From: an uncultured Pseudomonadota bacterium
GTDB lineage: Bacteria; Oederibacteriota; Muellerivitia; Muellerivitales; Muellerivitaceae
NCBI GenBank assembly: GCA_963843375.1
Contig: CAWJKT010000009.1
Location: 192,001 to 256,000 of the forward strand
Reading direction: 5' to 3'
Length of the DNA: 64,000 nt
The notes under the pieces are model-generated. The model had not been told where the DNA came from. It made no database searches and was given only the letters and a program-made list of their open reading frames with translations. Of this stretch, positions 43,612-53,006 are shown piece by piece (position 1 is the stretch's first letter; the number at the start of each line of letters is the position of its first letter). The position numbers were made by a program, and so were the translations under genes.

Positions 43612-44976
43612 TTAAGATCCCTGGTTTTGATTCCCCTCAGGTTCAACCGGTTTAAATACCAATAAGCTTATGGAAAAGAAAAACAACAGCCAGTAATCCA
43701 GGCGAGGGAAAGTCGCCGTCAGGTTCAAGTTGACAATGAAGTGGATGGCCCAGCCCAGCCCCATGAACACGATAGCCCCGCTTTCGGCAGGGTAGAGGAT
43801 CGAAAATCGAATAATGGCAAGCATGGCGAACAAAAAGGCCAACAAGCCCAACAACCCCGATTCCATTGCGATCTCAAGCCAAGTATTCATGACGTCTGTT
43901 GTCAACCCGCCGTAATCCTTGACGGGCCGATAGCCTCTTCCCAGCCAAAAGTTTTCCATCCATTGTTTTAGCCCGCGATTAAAGCTGTCCACCCGATCCC
44001 CTTCGCTGGTATGCGAGACCGCGACTCGGGTTGTGATTCCCTTCAAACCCATGGTTCCCGAAAGGCGGCTTAAATAGTTTTTCCCATCCGGGGAAAGAAA
44101 CAAAAGGCCGACGCCCACGGCCATGATGAGAAGGCTTTGGACCACGGCCTTTCGGATGTTTCCTAAATCCTTGAAGAAGGAAAGGGCTAAAAGGAAACCT
44201 AGTGTTATGCCGCAACCCAGGATGGCGGTGCGTGAAGTGGTTAGAAAGGAAGCGGCCACCACTAATCCGGGGATAATACCAGGGAAGCGCACCCGCCCTT
44301 TTTCCATGAAGAAGACCAGGGGAAGGGCGAAGATGAAAGCGGACCCGGCGTATCCGGGTTCGTAATAGAAGGCACACGGCCTATAAAGGAAGATTCCGTA
44401 AAAACTGTATCCCACCTGGGCGATCCCCAGGGGAATATGCAAACCGAAAAGGGGGAGAATCAGGAGGATTTTGTCTTGATAGGGCTCAACTTTCGCAATC
44501 TTGAAAAAGTAAAGACAGAAGACCTGAACAATGATGAAGGCGGCGAGGGCCAAGATGCCCCACCGGAAACCCCGTCGCAGGGAGGGCGCCCAACGGCTGT
44601 TTAAAAGGACTAAAGCGGCTCCGCCGATATTGAAAGCGGCCCAACCCAGTTTGATAAACCCCAATGCCGGAAAAGCGGATATGGAAACCGCCAGACCGTA
44701 AACCAAGGCAAAGGGTACCCAGGCCAAGGCCGAGGTTTTAACCCTGTTCCAATCCTCGGGGAAAGAATTTCGGTTTTTGAGAAGATCAAGGAGGGAATAG
44801 GATGCCATCCCCAAGAGCAAAAGTTGGCCCCAGCGGAAATTAAAACCATGGATTCTGAAGGCGAATACCAGGTCCGCGCTTCCCAGAAAAAAGAAACAGG
44901 CCCAGAATAAAGCTGGAAGCAAACCTTTCCCTTGGGGATTGCGGTTTAAAGGATCGATCGACGGATGTGTGGACAA
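43612..44976 (-). CDS. Wzy/O-antigen ligase-like polytopic membrane protein
   Basis: Many TMs; YEPGY, TTSRTA, GRG and NTWLEIAMESGLLG motifs. Confidence 0.75.
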   Translation of the reverse strand: MSTHPSIDPLNRNPQGKGLLPALFWACFFFLGSADLVFAFRIHGFNFRWGQLLLLGMASYSLLDLLKNRNSFPEDWNRVKTSALAWVPFALVYGLAVSISAFPALGFIKLGWAAFNIGGAALVLLNSRWAPSLRRGFRWGILALAAFIIVQVFCLYFFKIAKVEPYQDKILLILPLFGLHIPLGIAQVGYSFYGIFLYRPCAFYYEPGYAGSAFIFALPLVFFMEKGRVRFPGIIPGLVVAASFLTTSRTAILGCGITLGFLLALSFFKDLGNIRKAVVQSLLIMAVGVGLLFLSPDGKNYLSRLSGTMGLKGITTRVAVSHTSEGDRVDSFNRGLKQWMENFWLGRGYRPVKDYGGLTTDVMNTWLEIAMESGLLGLLAFLFAMLAIIRFSILYPAESGAIVFMGLGWAIHFIVNLNLTATFPRLDYWLLFFFSISLLVFKPVEPEGNQNQGS

Positions 44977-45088
44977 AAAAGATAACCCCGATTTTGAATG
45001 TGTTTTATTATCAGTTCAAAACTCCGAAACCATCTGTATACTACAAAATGTTTCCCGGCCCAGTAAAAGATTTTTCGGAGCGAGCAAG

Positions 45089-46234
45089 GTGATCATTGGC
45101 ATTGACGGAACCTGCCTTCAAGGTGTTCGAACTGGAGTGGGATGGTACTTGACCCACCTTTTGGAAGCCCTGTCCCATGTGCTGGAGGAGGACAAGGTTT
45201 ACGTTTGGATGAACAGTCCCACCGCCGAGGAAAAGGCGAGGGTCTCCGAAAACCGTTTCATTGTTGTTAGCGTCACCCATTATCCCCTGGCGGCTTTGAA
45301 GTTGACCTGGAACACCCTGGGAACCCCCGCTATGGACAGCCTGATCGGCCGCCCCGCGGATGTTTATTTTTATCCCAACTACCTTGCCTTGCCTCAAAAA
45401 CAGGGTAAAAAAGTGATTTTTGTCCATGACCTGACCTTCCTGACAAACCCCGAATTGGCATCACCGGAATCCCTCAAGGTGCTGGGGTCTCAATTGGAAA
45501 AGCAGGAGGAGAAAGCCGACCTGATCCTAACCTGCTCGGAATATAACCGTCAGGAGATTCTCAAACATTTTCGCCACCTTTCTGAAACCAAGATCAGGGT
45601 GATTCCCCATGGTTTGGGGGAGTCCTTCCGGAAGCCCGCTGCCTCCGACAGGGTGAAGACGGTCAGGGAAAAACACCGGCTCTCCAAACCCTATTTTCTT
45701 TTCGTGGGGGAACTGGAACCGCGTAAAAATCTCCTACGGCTGGTCCACGCCTTTCTTCTTTTTAAGCAAAAGTCCAACCCTCCCCACGAACTGATCCTGG
45801 CCGGGCCCAAGGGCTGGATCGGTGAGGAGTTCATGAAATTTATCCTCTCTCCCCAACTGGCCGATAAGGTGCGCTGGCTGGATTACGTACCGGACGAGGA
45901 CATGCCTGGTCTTTATACCGGGGCGGACGCCTTTGTTTTCCCCTCGTTAAAGGAGGGTTTCGGGATACCGCTATTGGAGGCGATGGGTTGTGGGGTGCCG
46001 GTGCTTTGTTCCAACTCCGCCGCGATACCGGAGGTGGTGGGGGATGCGGCTTGGATGATGGACCCTTCCAACGTTAATGATTGGGCCTTGGCCATGCAAC
46101 GGATCGCGACCGAACCCCAGTTTAGTCAACTTTTGCGGGAAAAGGGAAAGACCCGAGTGAGCCTATTCCAGGTAGAAAACACAGCCAAACAGACCCTGGC
46201 CGCCTTGAAGATGGCCGTTCAAGCCCATGGCTAA
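45089..46234 (+). CDS. GT4 glycosyltransferase
   Basis: TGVGWY, VHDL, EPRKN and EGFGIPLLEAMGCG. Confidence 0.9.
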   Translation: MIIGIDGTCLQGVRTGVGWYLTHLLEALSHVLEEDKVYVWMNSPTAEEKARVSENRFIVVSVTHYPLAALKLTWNTLGTPAMDSLIGRPADVYFYPNYLALPQKQGKKVIFVHDLTFLTNPELASPESLKVLGSQLEKQEEKADLILTCSEYNRQEILKHFRHLSETKIRVIPHGLGESFRKPAASDRVKTVREKHRLSKPYFLFVGELEPRKNLLRLVHAFLLFKQKSNPPHELILAGPKGWIGEEFMKFILSPQLADKVRWLDYVPDEDMPGLYTGADAFVFPSLKEGFGIPLLEAMGCGVPVLCSNSAAIPEVVGDAAWMMDPSNVNDWALAMQRIATEPQFSQLLREKGKTRVSLFQVENTAKQTLAALKMAVQAHG

Positions 46235-47468
46235 GAAACGAAAAAAAGGCCGGCGAAAATCCCTTCACCCCATCCCGCGGATCAGATCCGCCAAGCGAGT
46301 CCGGGCCGCAAAGCCCCTGCGGATACGAAAAGCCAGCCGGATCTATCGGGCTTTTCCAATTGAAGTTCCTCCTAAACAAATCTTTGATCCTCCCCGCATT
46401 TCCGCCCTTCGCAAGATGGAAGAACAGTTTGAGATGGCTCTTACCCGGCCCAAGGTCTCGGTGGTCCTCGCCAACCGCAACGGAGTGGATTTTCTTTGGC
46501 ACTGCCTTTTCGCTCTCAAAACGCAAAACTATCCGCCCTTTGAGATCATTCTCGTGGACAACGCTTCCGAGGACGCCAGCGTTTCCTTCGTTAAAACCAA
46601 TTATCCCCAGGTTAAAATCCTGGAATGCCAGGAAAACTTCGGCTTGACCATGGGAGTGAACCTGGGCGCGAAAACGGCGGTGGGGGATTTAGTTGCGGTG
46701 GTTGGCACGGGGGTGGTGGTTCCCCCGAATTGGCTAAGCCATTTGGTGAAGGATTTTCAGAAAAGCTGGCCACGCGTCGGCGTGATGTCCTCTCCGCTCG
46801 ATGAAAAACAATCTGAGGGAAGCAAAGGAAAAAACTCGAACCAAACGCTTAATTTCATGGGCCTTCCAATCGAGGGCTTTTGGGCGGAACCCCAGGAGAC
46901 TTTTTATCCCGAAAGCGGAGGACTCATTTATCCGCGATTCCTCGCCCCTGATGGCCCCTTCGATTCGGATTATTCCCAATTTCAGGAGGATGTTTATTTG
47001 GGCTGGAAATTCAGGTTGGGCCGCCACCAGGCGGGAAAATCACTAGAGGCTAAAATTTTCCGCAAGTCCGACGAGGAGTTACCCGAGAGCCCAGGGTGGA
47101 AACCGTTCTTTTACCAAACTCGCAACCGGTGGCTGAATCTTCTTCTTTTTTACGAGTCAAGTACCTTAGTTAAAATCGCCCCTTGGATTTTGACGGAGGC
47201 CTTGATTCGATTGCTGATCAGTTTGGGGATCGGATTTGATTCTTTTTGGGGGAATCTTTCCGCCCTCTTTTGGGTTTGCTTCCATCCCTCACTGATCCTC
47301 AAAAAACGGGGGGAGATCCAGGCAAAACGCCGGGCGGGGGATGGGGAAATCCTCAAATATATCAGCGGGCGCGTGGTTCCCGACCGGGTGTTATTTTCCA
47401 GGGTCCTCAACTTTTTTTCGTTGCTGTATTGTCGTATAACCGGCTTGAGAGTGTTGGAATGGCAATAA
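46227..47468 (+). CDS. GT2-family protein with basic N-terminal extension, possibly catalytically degenerate
   Basis: KVSVVL, VDNASED, ENFG, EDV and RNR motifs; DxD region replaced by VVGTG. Confidence 0.75.
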   Translation: MAKKRKKGRRKSLHPIPRIRSAKRVRAAKPLRIRKASRIYRAFPIEVPPKQIFDPPRISALRKMEEQFEMALTRPKVSVVLANRNGVDFLWHCLFALKTQNYPPFEIILVDNASEDASVSFVKTNYPQVKILECQENFGLTMGVNLGAKTAVGDLVAVVGTGVVVPPNWLSHLVKDFQKSWPRVGVMSSPLDEKQSEGSKGKNSNQTLNFMGLPIEGFWAEPQETFYPESGGLIYPRFLAPDGPFDSDYSQFQEDVYLGWKFRLGRHQAGKSLEAKIFRKSDEELPESPGWKPFFYQTRNRWLNLLLFYESSTLVKIAPWILTEALIRLLISLGIGFDSFWGNLSALFWVCFHPSLILKKRGEIQAKRRAGDGEILKYISGRVVPDRVLFSRVLNFFSLLYCRITGLRVLEWQ

Positions 47469-47513
47469 AGACAATTTAAAACTTAAAATTGCTGTCCATT
47501 CAGGGTACACTCG

Positions 47514-47912
47514 GTGCTCCCCGGGGGCTTTAACAGGGCCCCGAATCCAGGGAAATCTTGGAGGCGCGGTTCCTTGTTGAAACTCAATAAAAAAGAATCC
47601 ACTTTAATCGATGATCCCCAGCGTTGCGAGGTTTGCAATACCACACTGACCCTTTATCCAAAGGATTTCAATCCTTGCCCCCATTGCCAACGGAAAATCT
47701 GCCGCCAGTGCTGGGGAGTTTCGTGGAGTACTAAAGCCTTCGCGGCGGAGAACTGCTCCCACGCCTCGGAGAATGATGGCCTTACATTGAATCCAGTGGA
47801 AGAGTCCAACCGGGGTTTTCGGATGGATTGGCCCCGTGTGATTTTCGCGCTGATTTTGGGCGTCTTGGCTATTGGGATTCTTTTATTCCTTTTAAACCTT
47901 TTCGTTTTTTAG
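47514..47912 (+). CDS. Small Cys-rich (putative Zn-binding) protein with C-terminal TM anchor (start uncertain)
   Basis: CEVC, CPHC and CRQC motifs plus a hydrophobic C-terminus. Confidence 0.6.
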   Translation: MLPGGFNRAPNPGKSWRRGSLLKLNKKESTLIDDPQRCEVCNTTLTLYPKDFNPCPHCQRKICRQCWGVSWSTKAFAAENCSHASENDGLTLNPVEESNRGFRMDWPRVIFALILGVLAIGILLFLLNLFVF

Positions 47913-47924
47913 TCCGGAAGACTC

Positions 47925-49037
47925 TTGCGCATCGCCCTGGTTCACGATTGGTTATCCGGCATGCGGGGCGGGGAAAAAGTCCTCTTGTCCCTGATGGAGT
48001 TGTTCCCGGGCGCTGATATTTTTACCCTGGTTTACCAGCCTGAAAAGTTCGGGGACCTTTTTGAGGGCCGGAAGGTCACCACCTCTTTTTTGCAGCGCCT
48101 GCCCTTTGGAAAAACCCGTTATCCCTATTACCTGCCCCTTTATTGGGAACTCATGAAAGGGTTCGACCTTTCCGAGTACGATTTGATTGTTTCCTCCAGT
48201 TCGGCCTGCGCCAAGTGGGTCCGCAACCCGAAGAAAGTCCTGCATGTCTGTTACTGCCATACCCCCATGCGTTACATTTGGGACCTTTTCGAGGATTATT
48301 TCGGGCCTCACGCCTCCGCCCCCGTGCGCTGGTCGGCCAAAGCATTCCGATCCTATCTTCAAAAATGCGACTTGAAGTCCAATGACGGTGTCACTCACTT
48401 TCTAGCCAATTCCACCGAGGTTCAGGGGCGGATCAAACGCATTTATGGAAGGGAATCCCAAGTTCTGCATCCGCCGGTAGAAGTGGACCGGTTCAAGTTG
48501 AAAAAGGGGAAGGGCGATTATTTTCTGGTAATCTCCGCGCTGGTACCCTACAAACGGGTCGATTTGGCGGTGAAGGTTTGTACTGAACACAACTGGCCTT
48601 TGGTGGTAGTAGGGAAGGGAAGCGAGGAAAAGTATCTGAAGGCGATGGCGGGACCATCGGTTTCGTTCAAAGGCTGGGCTTCCGACGAGCAGATGCCCTC
48701 ATATTATGAGAACGCCAAGGCGCTGCTTTTTCCAGGCAAAGAGGATTTCGGGATTGTCCCCGTTGAATCAATGGCTTCCGGGTGCCCGGTGATTGCTTTC
48801 GGGGAGGGCGGGGTATTGGATTCGGTGACCGACGGGGAGACCGGAGTTTTTATTGAGCAACAAACCCAGTCGTCCCTGGAAGAGGCTATCGAGCGGTTTG
48901 AGAAGATGAGTTTTGACCCCGAGTTGTTAAGGGCGAAGGCCAATCAATTCTCCAAAGCTCGCTTTTTGTTCCGGGCCCAAGTCTATTTCCGCCGTCTTTA
49001 CGGCATCAATGTCCAAGAAGAGAACCTTAAGCTCTGA
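47925..49037 (+). CDS. GT4 glycosyltransferase
   Basis: MRIALVHDWL..RGGEKV, CHTPMRY and EDFGIVPVESMASG. Confidence 0.92.
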   Translation: MRIALVHDWLSGMRGGEKVLLSLMELFPGADIFTLVYQPEKFGDLFEGRKVTTSFLQRLPFGKTRYPYYLPLYWELMKGFDLSEYDLIVSSSSACAKWVRNPKKVLHVCYCHTPMRYIWDLFEDYFGPHASAPVRWSAKAFRSYLQKCDLKSNDGVTHFLANSTEVQGRIKRIYGRESQVLHPPVEVDRFKLKKGKGDYFLVISALVPYKRVDLAVKVCTEHNWPLVVVGKGSEEKYLKAMAGPSVSFKGWASDEQMPSYYENAKALLFPGKEDFGIVPVESMASGCPVIAFGEGGVLDSVTDGETGVFIEQQTQSSLEEAIERFEKMSFDPELLRAKANQFSKARFLFRAQVYFRRLYGINVQEENLKL

Positions 49038-49113
49038 TGCTCCCATTCCCATTTGCCCCACCAGCGTCCAATGGTTAAACTATATTCGTTTTTCAATCCC
49101 CGGATCGGAACCT

Positions 49114-50502
49114 ATGAAAATCAGAATTCCTTCCATTTTTTCAGTTCTTAGTTTTGGGTTGGATGGTTTGTTGGTTGCCGTTTCTTTCGTATTTGCCAAT
49201 TGGATAAGGTTTTATTCGGGCTGGGTTCCGGAAGGGCCCGTTACTCATTACACCCATTACCGGTCTTTTGTTTTCTTTTTTGTTTCCGTGCATTGGATTG
49301 TTTTCAAGTACTTGGGGCTTTACCGGAAAAGGAGGGGAATTTCCGGGGTGGACGAATTGTCCAAGGTCATCCAAGGCGAATTGCTCGCAGCAATTCTTAT
49401 CTCCGCTTCGACTTTCCTGATTAAGTTTTTCGCTTTTTCACGCCTCGTTATCGGAATTTCGGCCGGATTGGTGATTGTTACCGTTTGGCTTGGCCGGACG
49501 ATTTTACGGAGAATCCAGATTATCCTTCGAAGAAAAGGAATAGGAGTCACCCGCATTTTGGTTGTCGGAACGGGGGAAACAGCCCGAGTATTGCTCCAGA
49601 GGCTTAAAAATAACCCCGGCTTGGGTTACCGGGTGGCAGGCATCGTTTCCGAAGGCAAGGGCTCAGGGGATGTGGAAGGTTTTAAGATTGTCGGAACCCT
49701 TCCCAAATTCACCATGCTTCTCCAAAAATATGCGCCCCATGAGGTTATTTTCGCACTGCCTGCGTCATCTCATGGGAAATTGCTTCCTATGCTGGTGACT
49801 CTTCAAGACACCCTGGTAAAATATAAGATAGTTTCGGACCTTTTTGGCCTCATCACCAATCCTCTTGAGAGCGATGTTTTGCTGGACCTGCCGGTTTTTG
49901 AGATGAAAGAAGCCCCCTTAAGCGCTTGGCACAATCAGACCATCAAAAGAGTCTTCGATTTCACTCTGGCCTTATTGGGAATCATTCTATTGAGTCCCGT
50001 TTGGATTTTGGTGGCAATCGGGATTAAGTTTTCTTCACCTGGTCCGGTTCTTTTCCACCAAAAGCGGGTGGGCCGGGACGGAAGAGTATTCCATATGCGG
50101 AAATTTCGTTCGATGACCGTAGGTTCGGAAACGGTTGCATTTACGAAAAAAGACGATCCCCGAGTAACGCCTTTTGGGGCATTCCTCCGCAAAACAAGCT
50201 TGGACGAATTGCCCCAGTTATTAAACGTGATAACGGGCCGCATGAGCCTAGTGGGGCCCAGGCCTGAGGTGCCAGGGTTGGTAGAGAAATTCGAGAAGGA
50301 AATCCCACGTTATTTCGAACGGCACCAGGTTAAGTCGGGCATCACCGGCTGGGCCCAGGTGAACGGATTCCGGGGAAATACGTCCCTTCATGAGAGAGTT
50401 AAATACGACATTTATTACATCGAAAACTGGAGTTTGCTTCTGGATATCAAGATCATTCTCAGGACTGTTTTGGACATTTTGGAACATGAGAATGCTTATT
50501 AA
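49114..50502 (+). CDS. Undecaprenyl-phosphate sugar-1-phosphate transferase (WcaJ/WbaP family)
   Basis: KRVFD, KFRSM, DDPRVT, SLDELPQL, SLVGPRPE, GITGWAQ and D.YYIENWS. Confidence 0.93.
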   Translation: MKIRIPSIFSVLSFGLDGLLVAVSFVFANWIRFYSGWVPEGPVTHYTHYRSFVFFFVSVHWIVFKYLGLYRKRRGISGVDELSKVIQGELLAAILISASTFLIKFFAFSRLVIGISAGLVIVTVWLGRTILRRIQIILRRKGIGVTRILVVGTGETARVLLQRLKNNPGLGYRVAGIVSEGKGSGDVEGFKIVGTLPKFTMLLQKYAPHEVIFALPASSHGKLLPMLVTLQDTLVKYKIVSDLFGLITNPLESDVLLDLPVFEMKEAPLSAWHNQTIKRVFDFTLALLGIILLSPVWILVAIGIKFSSPGPVLFHQKRVGRDGRVFHMRKFRSMTVGSETVAFTKKDDPRVTPFGAFLRKTSLDELPQLLNVITGRMSLVGPRPEVPGLVEKFEKEIPRYFERHQVKSGITGWAQVNGFRGNTSLHERVKYDIYYIENWSLLLDIKIILRTVLDILEHENAY

Positions 50503-50535
50503 AAATGGTGATATTAAATTTGGTTCTTCAGTTCG

Positions 50536-50563
50536 AATCCAACAAGAGGACCCTTAGTGGACA
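50536..50563 (+). repeat. 28-bp site A (degenerate left arm)
   Basis: AATCCAACAAG-AGGACC-CTTAGTGGACA; same spacing as the other six sites. Confidence 0.6.
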
Positions 50564-50584
50564 GCAATTTTAAAGGGATTTGCC

Positions 50585-51142
50585 ATGAAAAAACGTATCG
50601 TGTTCAGCTTGATGTTTATTTTCTTCTCAAGCCGGATTTGTCTTTCCGAATCTTCCTTGGATTCCGTAACATACCAAAAGGGTAAAAAAGCCGAGGACTC
50701 AAAGGATTTTATCCAAGCTTTAAAGTGGTATCAAAAAGCCGCATCAAATGGAAACGCAAGCGCGGAAAACGCCTTGGGTCATCTTTACTTACGAGGTGAG
50801 GGAGTTCCACAGGATTTACAAAAATCAATGGAATGGTATCGGAAAGCAGCCAAGCAGGGAGACCCTGAGGGGGAAACTAATGTTGGACACGGTTATGCCA
50901 TGGGATATGGGGTGACCCGGGATTACCATAAGGCACTGGAGTGGTACTTAAAAGCTGCCGCCCTTCAGAACGGCCGGGCCGAATTTTTTATCGGGGTAAT
51001 CTATACCAATGGTCTTAGAGTACCAAAGGATTACAAAAAAGCCATGGATTGGTTTCAAAAATCCGTCGCACATGGAAATAAAGAAGCCCCCTCTTGGTTG
51101 CCGATCCTTAAAAAACGTATAGCAAGTGGAGAAGTTAATTAA
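50585..51142 (+). CDS. Secreted Sel1-repeat protein
   Basis: Signal peptide and repeats of LG.LY..G.GV.QD..KA..WY.KAA.QG. Confidence 0.92.
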   Translation: MKKRIVFSLMFIFFSSRICLSESSLDSVTYQKGKKAEDSKDFIQALKWYQKAASNGNASAENALGHLYLRGEGVPQDLQKSMEWYRKAAKQGDPEGETNVGHGYAMGYGVTRDYHKALEWYLKAAALQNGRAEFFIGVIYTNGLRVPKDYKKAMDWFQKSVAHGNKEAPSWLPILKKRIASGEVN

Positions 51143-51187
51143 TTTCAAAATTATAAAGGCCCCCTCTGGAAATGAGTATCAAAAGGT

Positions 51188-51215
51188 TGTCCACGGCGGG
51201 GACCCAGCATGGACA
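51188..51215 (+). repeat. 28-bp site B
   Basis: TGTCCACGGCG-GGGACC-CAGCATGGACA. Confidence 0.85.
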
Positions 51216-51277
51216 GGGAAATGTGTGGACATCATCCGTACGTTCATGTATGCTTCTTTTGAGGGTAAGGGGGGGTT

Positions 51278-51553
51278 ATGGCTACAGTCACACAATCAAG
51301 GGAACAACGAATCGAAATTCGTATCCGACCGAAAGACAAGGCTATGCTGGAAAAGGCCGCCTCGATCTTTGGGCTGAGCCTCAGTGCCTTCATGCTATTC
51401 AATTCTTTGAAAGCGGCCCAAGAAGGGCTGACGGCTCAGAGCCGTATCACCCTTTCGGAAAACGAGTGGAATTCCTTCATGAAAGTCGTGGAGCACCCGC
51501 CCCGCCCTAATAAGGCCCTTCTGGCTCTCGCTAAGAAGCATAGCCGCGCTTGA
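51278..51553 (+). CDS. DUF1778/TacA-type RHH antitoxin
   Basis: RIEIRI...KAMLEKAA...LSLSAF and ITLS...F....PPRPNKAL; overlaps the GNAT start. Confidence 0.88.
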   Translation: MATVTQSREQRIEIRIRPKDKAMLEKAASIFGLSLSAFMLFNSLKAAQEGLTAQSRITLSENEWNSFMKVVEHPPRPNKALLALAKKHSRA

Positions 51554-52080
51554 GCCATTCTGAAAAACCTTTGGATATCGACGTTCTGCCAATCTCCCGC
51601 CATTTGGACTTGGGGTCTTTCGATAGCGGCGCACAGGCACTGAATGACTATCTCCAAAAATATGCCCGGCAAAATCACGATAGGAATATTAGCAAGACCT
51701 TTGTGGTCACGGAAAAAGAGGGAAATCGGAAGGTTTTGGGCTTTTACACGTTAGTTGCCTCCGAAATTGACGCCAAAACAATTCCTACAACCCATTCTAA
51801 ACACCTTCCCCGTTACCCAGTCCCTGCCGTAAGAATTGGAAGGCTTGCGGTAGACAAGCATCACCAGGGCCTAGGGATCGGTGAAGAACTTTTATGGGAT
51901 GCCCTTGGTAAAGCCAATCATTTATCCAACGAGGTCGGCATTTATGCCGTCGTGGTTGACGCTAAAGATGAAAAAGCTGCTCGCTTTTACCATAAATACG
52001 GGTTCGTTCCATTATCCAATAATCCTAAAACACTTTTTTTGCCTGTCGAAACGATAAAAGCTCTATTTACCAAAAAATAA
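51550..52080 (+). CDS. GNAT acetyltransferase toxin (TacT/AtaT-like)
   Basis: FDSG...LNDYL, PVPAVRIGRLAVD, QGLGIG and VVVDAKDEKAARFY. Confidence 0.9.
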   Translation: MSHSEKPLDIDVLPISRHLDLGSFDSGAQALNDYLQKYARQNHDRNISKTFVVTEKEGNRKVLGFYTLVASEIDAKTIPTTHSKHLPRYPVPAVRIGRLAVDKHHQGLGIGEELLWDALGKANHLSNEVGIYAVVVDAKDEKAARFYHKYGFVPLSNNPKTLFLPVETIKALFTKK

Positions 52081-52104
52081 AAGGATTATTGTCCTCGCAG
52101 AGGT

Positions 52105-52132
52105 TGTCCGCCACGGGGAGGTGTAATGGACA
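52105..52132 (+). repeat. 28-bp site C
   Basis: TGTCCGCCACG-GGGAGG-TGTAATGGACA. Confidence 0.85.
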
Positions 52133-52169
52133 AGCAAATTGGAAAATTTGTTCCTTTTTAACCTAGAAA

Positions 52170-52190
52170 GTATATACTATTCGTATATAC
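52170..52190. promoter_or_regulatory. Putative TA autoregulatory operator
   Basis: Two palindromic GTATATAC boxes separated by 5 bp, just upstream of the antitoxin RBS. Confidence 0.55.
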
Positions 52191-52207
52191 CATCAAAGGA
52201 GCACTAA

Positions 52208-52447
52208 GTGACTAAAGTCCTGTCCCTAAAAATTAAAGGTGAAATCTTCGAGGATGTGGAAGTCCTAACCAAACGGCTTCATATGCCCCGCAACACCTAC
52301 ATCAACGAGGCGCTGGATTTTTACAACGCTTTCAACAGGCGCAAAGGGCTTCGCCAAAAACTAAAAAAAGAATCCCTGCTCACGCGAAAGAATTCCATGG
52401 ACATTCTGAGCGAGATGGAAAAACTCGAAGAATCAACCGCTGAATGA
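52208..52447 (+). CDS. Putative RHH-type antitoxin
   Basis: LSLKI...RNTYINEAL; AAGGAG RBS; stop overlaps the MazF-like toxin start. Confidence 0.8.
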   Translation: MTKVLSLKIKGEIFEDVEVLTKRLHMPRNTYINEALDFYNAFNRRKGLRQKLKKESLLTRKNSMDILSEMEKLEESTAE

Positions 52448-52788
52448 AAATCAGGAAATTTAATATTTACCTGGCCGATCTAAGCCCGCGTTTCGGCACC
52501 GAGCCTGGAAAAACGAGGCCTGTCGTCGTTCTTCAAACAAACCTTTTGAACGATAGCCTGCATCCCAGCACGATCATCTGTCCCATCAGTACCAACGTCG
52601 TTCACGGGGCAGAGATACTTCGTGTCCGCCTTCCGAAGAAGGAAACGGGCCTTCGAAAAGATTCCGATATTTTGGTCGATCAAATACGGTCCATTGATAA
52701 CCGCCGATTCGTCAAGCATTTGGGGGAATTGGGCCCGATCGATAAGGCGAAGTTGATTGAAAACCTTAAAATTCTTTTATTTGAATAA
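52444..52788 (+). CDS. PemK/MazF family endoribonuclease toxin
   Basis: LADLSPRFGTEPGKTRPVVVLQ, ICPIS and DQIRSID motifs. Confidence 0.92.
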   Translation: MKIRKFNIYLADLSPRFGTEPGKTRPVVVLQTNLLNDSLHPSTIICPISTNVVHGAEILRVRLPKKETGLRKDSDILVDQIRSIDNRRFVKHLGELGPIDKAKLIENLKILLFE

Positions 52789-52800
52789 ACCAATCAGGGT

Positions 52801-52828
52801 TGTCCACGGCGGGGACCCGGATTGGACG
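52801..52828 (+). repeat. 28-bp site D
   Basis: TGTCCACGGCG-GGGACC-CGGATTGGACG. Confidence 0.85.
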
Positions 52829-52846
52829 ATGGGGAGGACAAATATC

Positions 52847-52945
52847 ATGGGCAAGACCACGGTCATCAGTTTTGTGACCCTCGATGGGGTCATTCCGGCG
52901 CCAGCTAGACCGGATGAAGATATACGCGGGGGGATCACGCGAGGT
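52847..52945 (+). pseudogene. 5' remnant of a dihydrofolate reductase/RibD C-terminal family gene
   Basis: GGAGG RBS then MGKTTVISFVTLDGVIPAPARPDEDIRGG, resembling the family N-terminus; similarity is lost after about 33 codons. Confidence 0.6.
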
Positions 52946-53006
52946 GATCGCGGGCTATTGACTGACACCAATATTCAAACTCGAGCTAAGACTTTGTCTG
53001 AAATAA

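Noticed and set aside
50531..50540. GTTCGAATCC tRNA T-loop-like motif beside site A
   Set aside because: Flanks do not form a T-stem or cloverleaf and there is no CCA end; probably chance.
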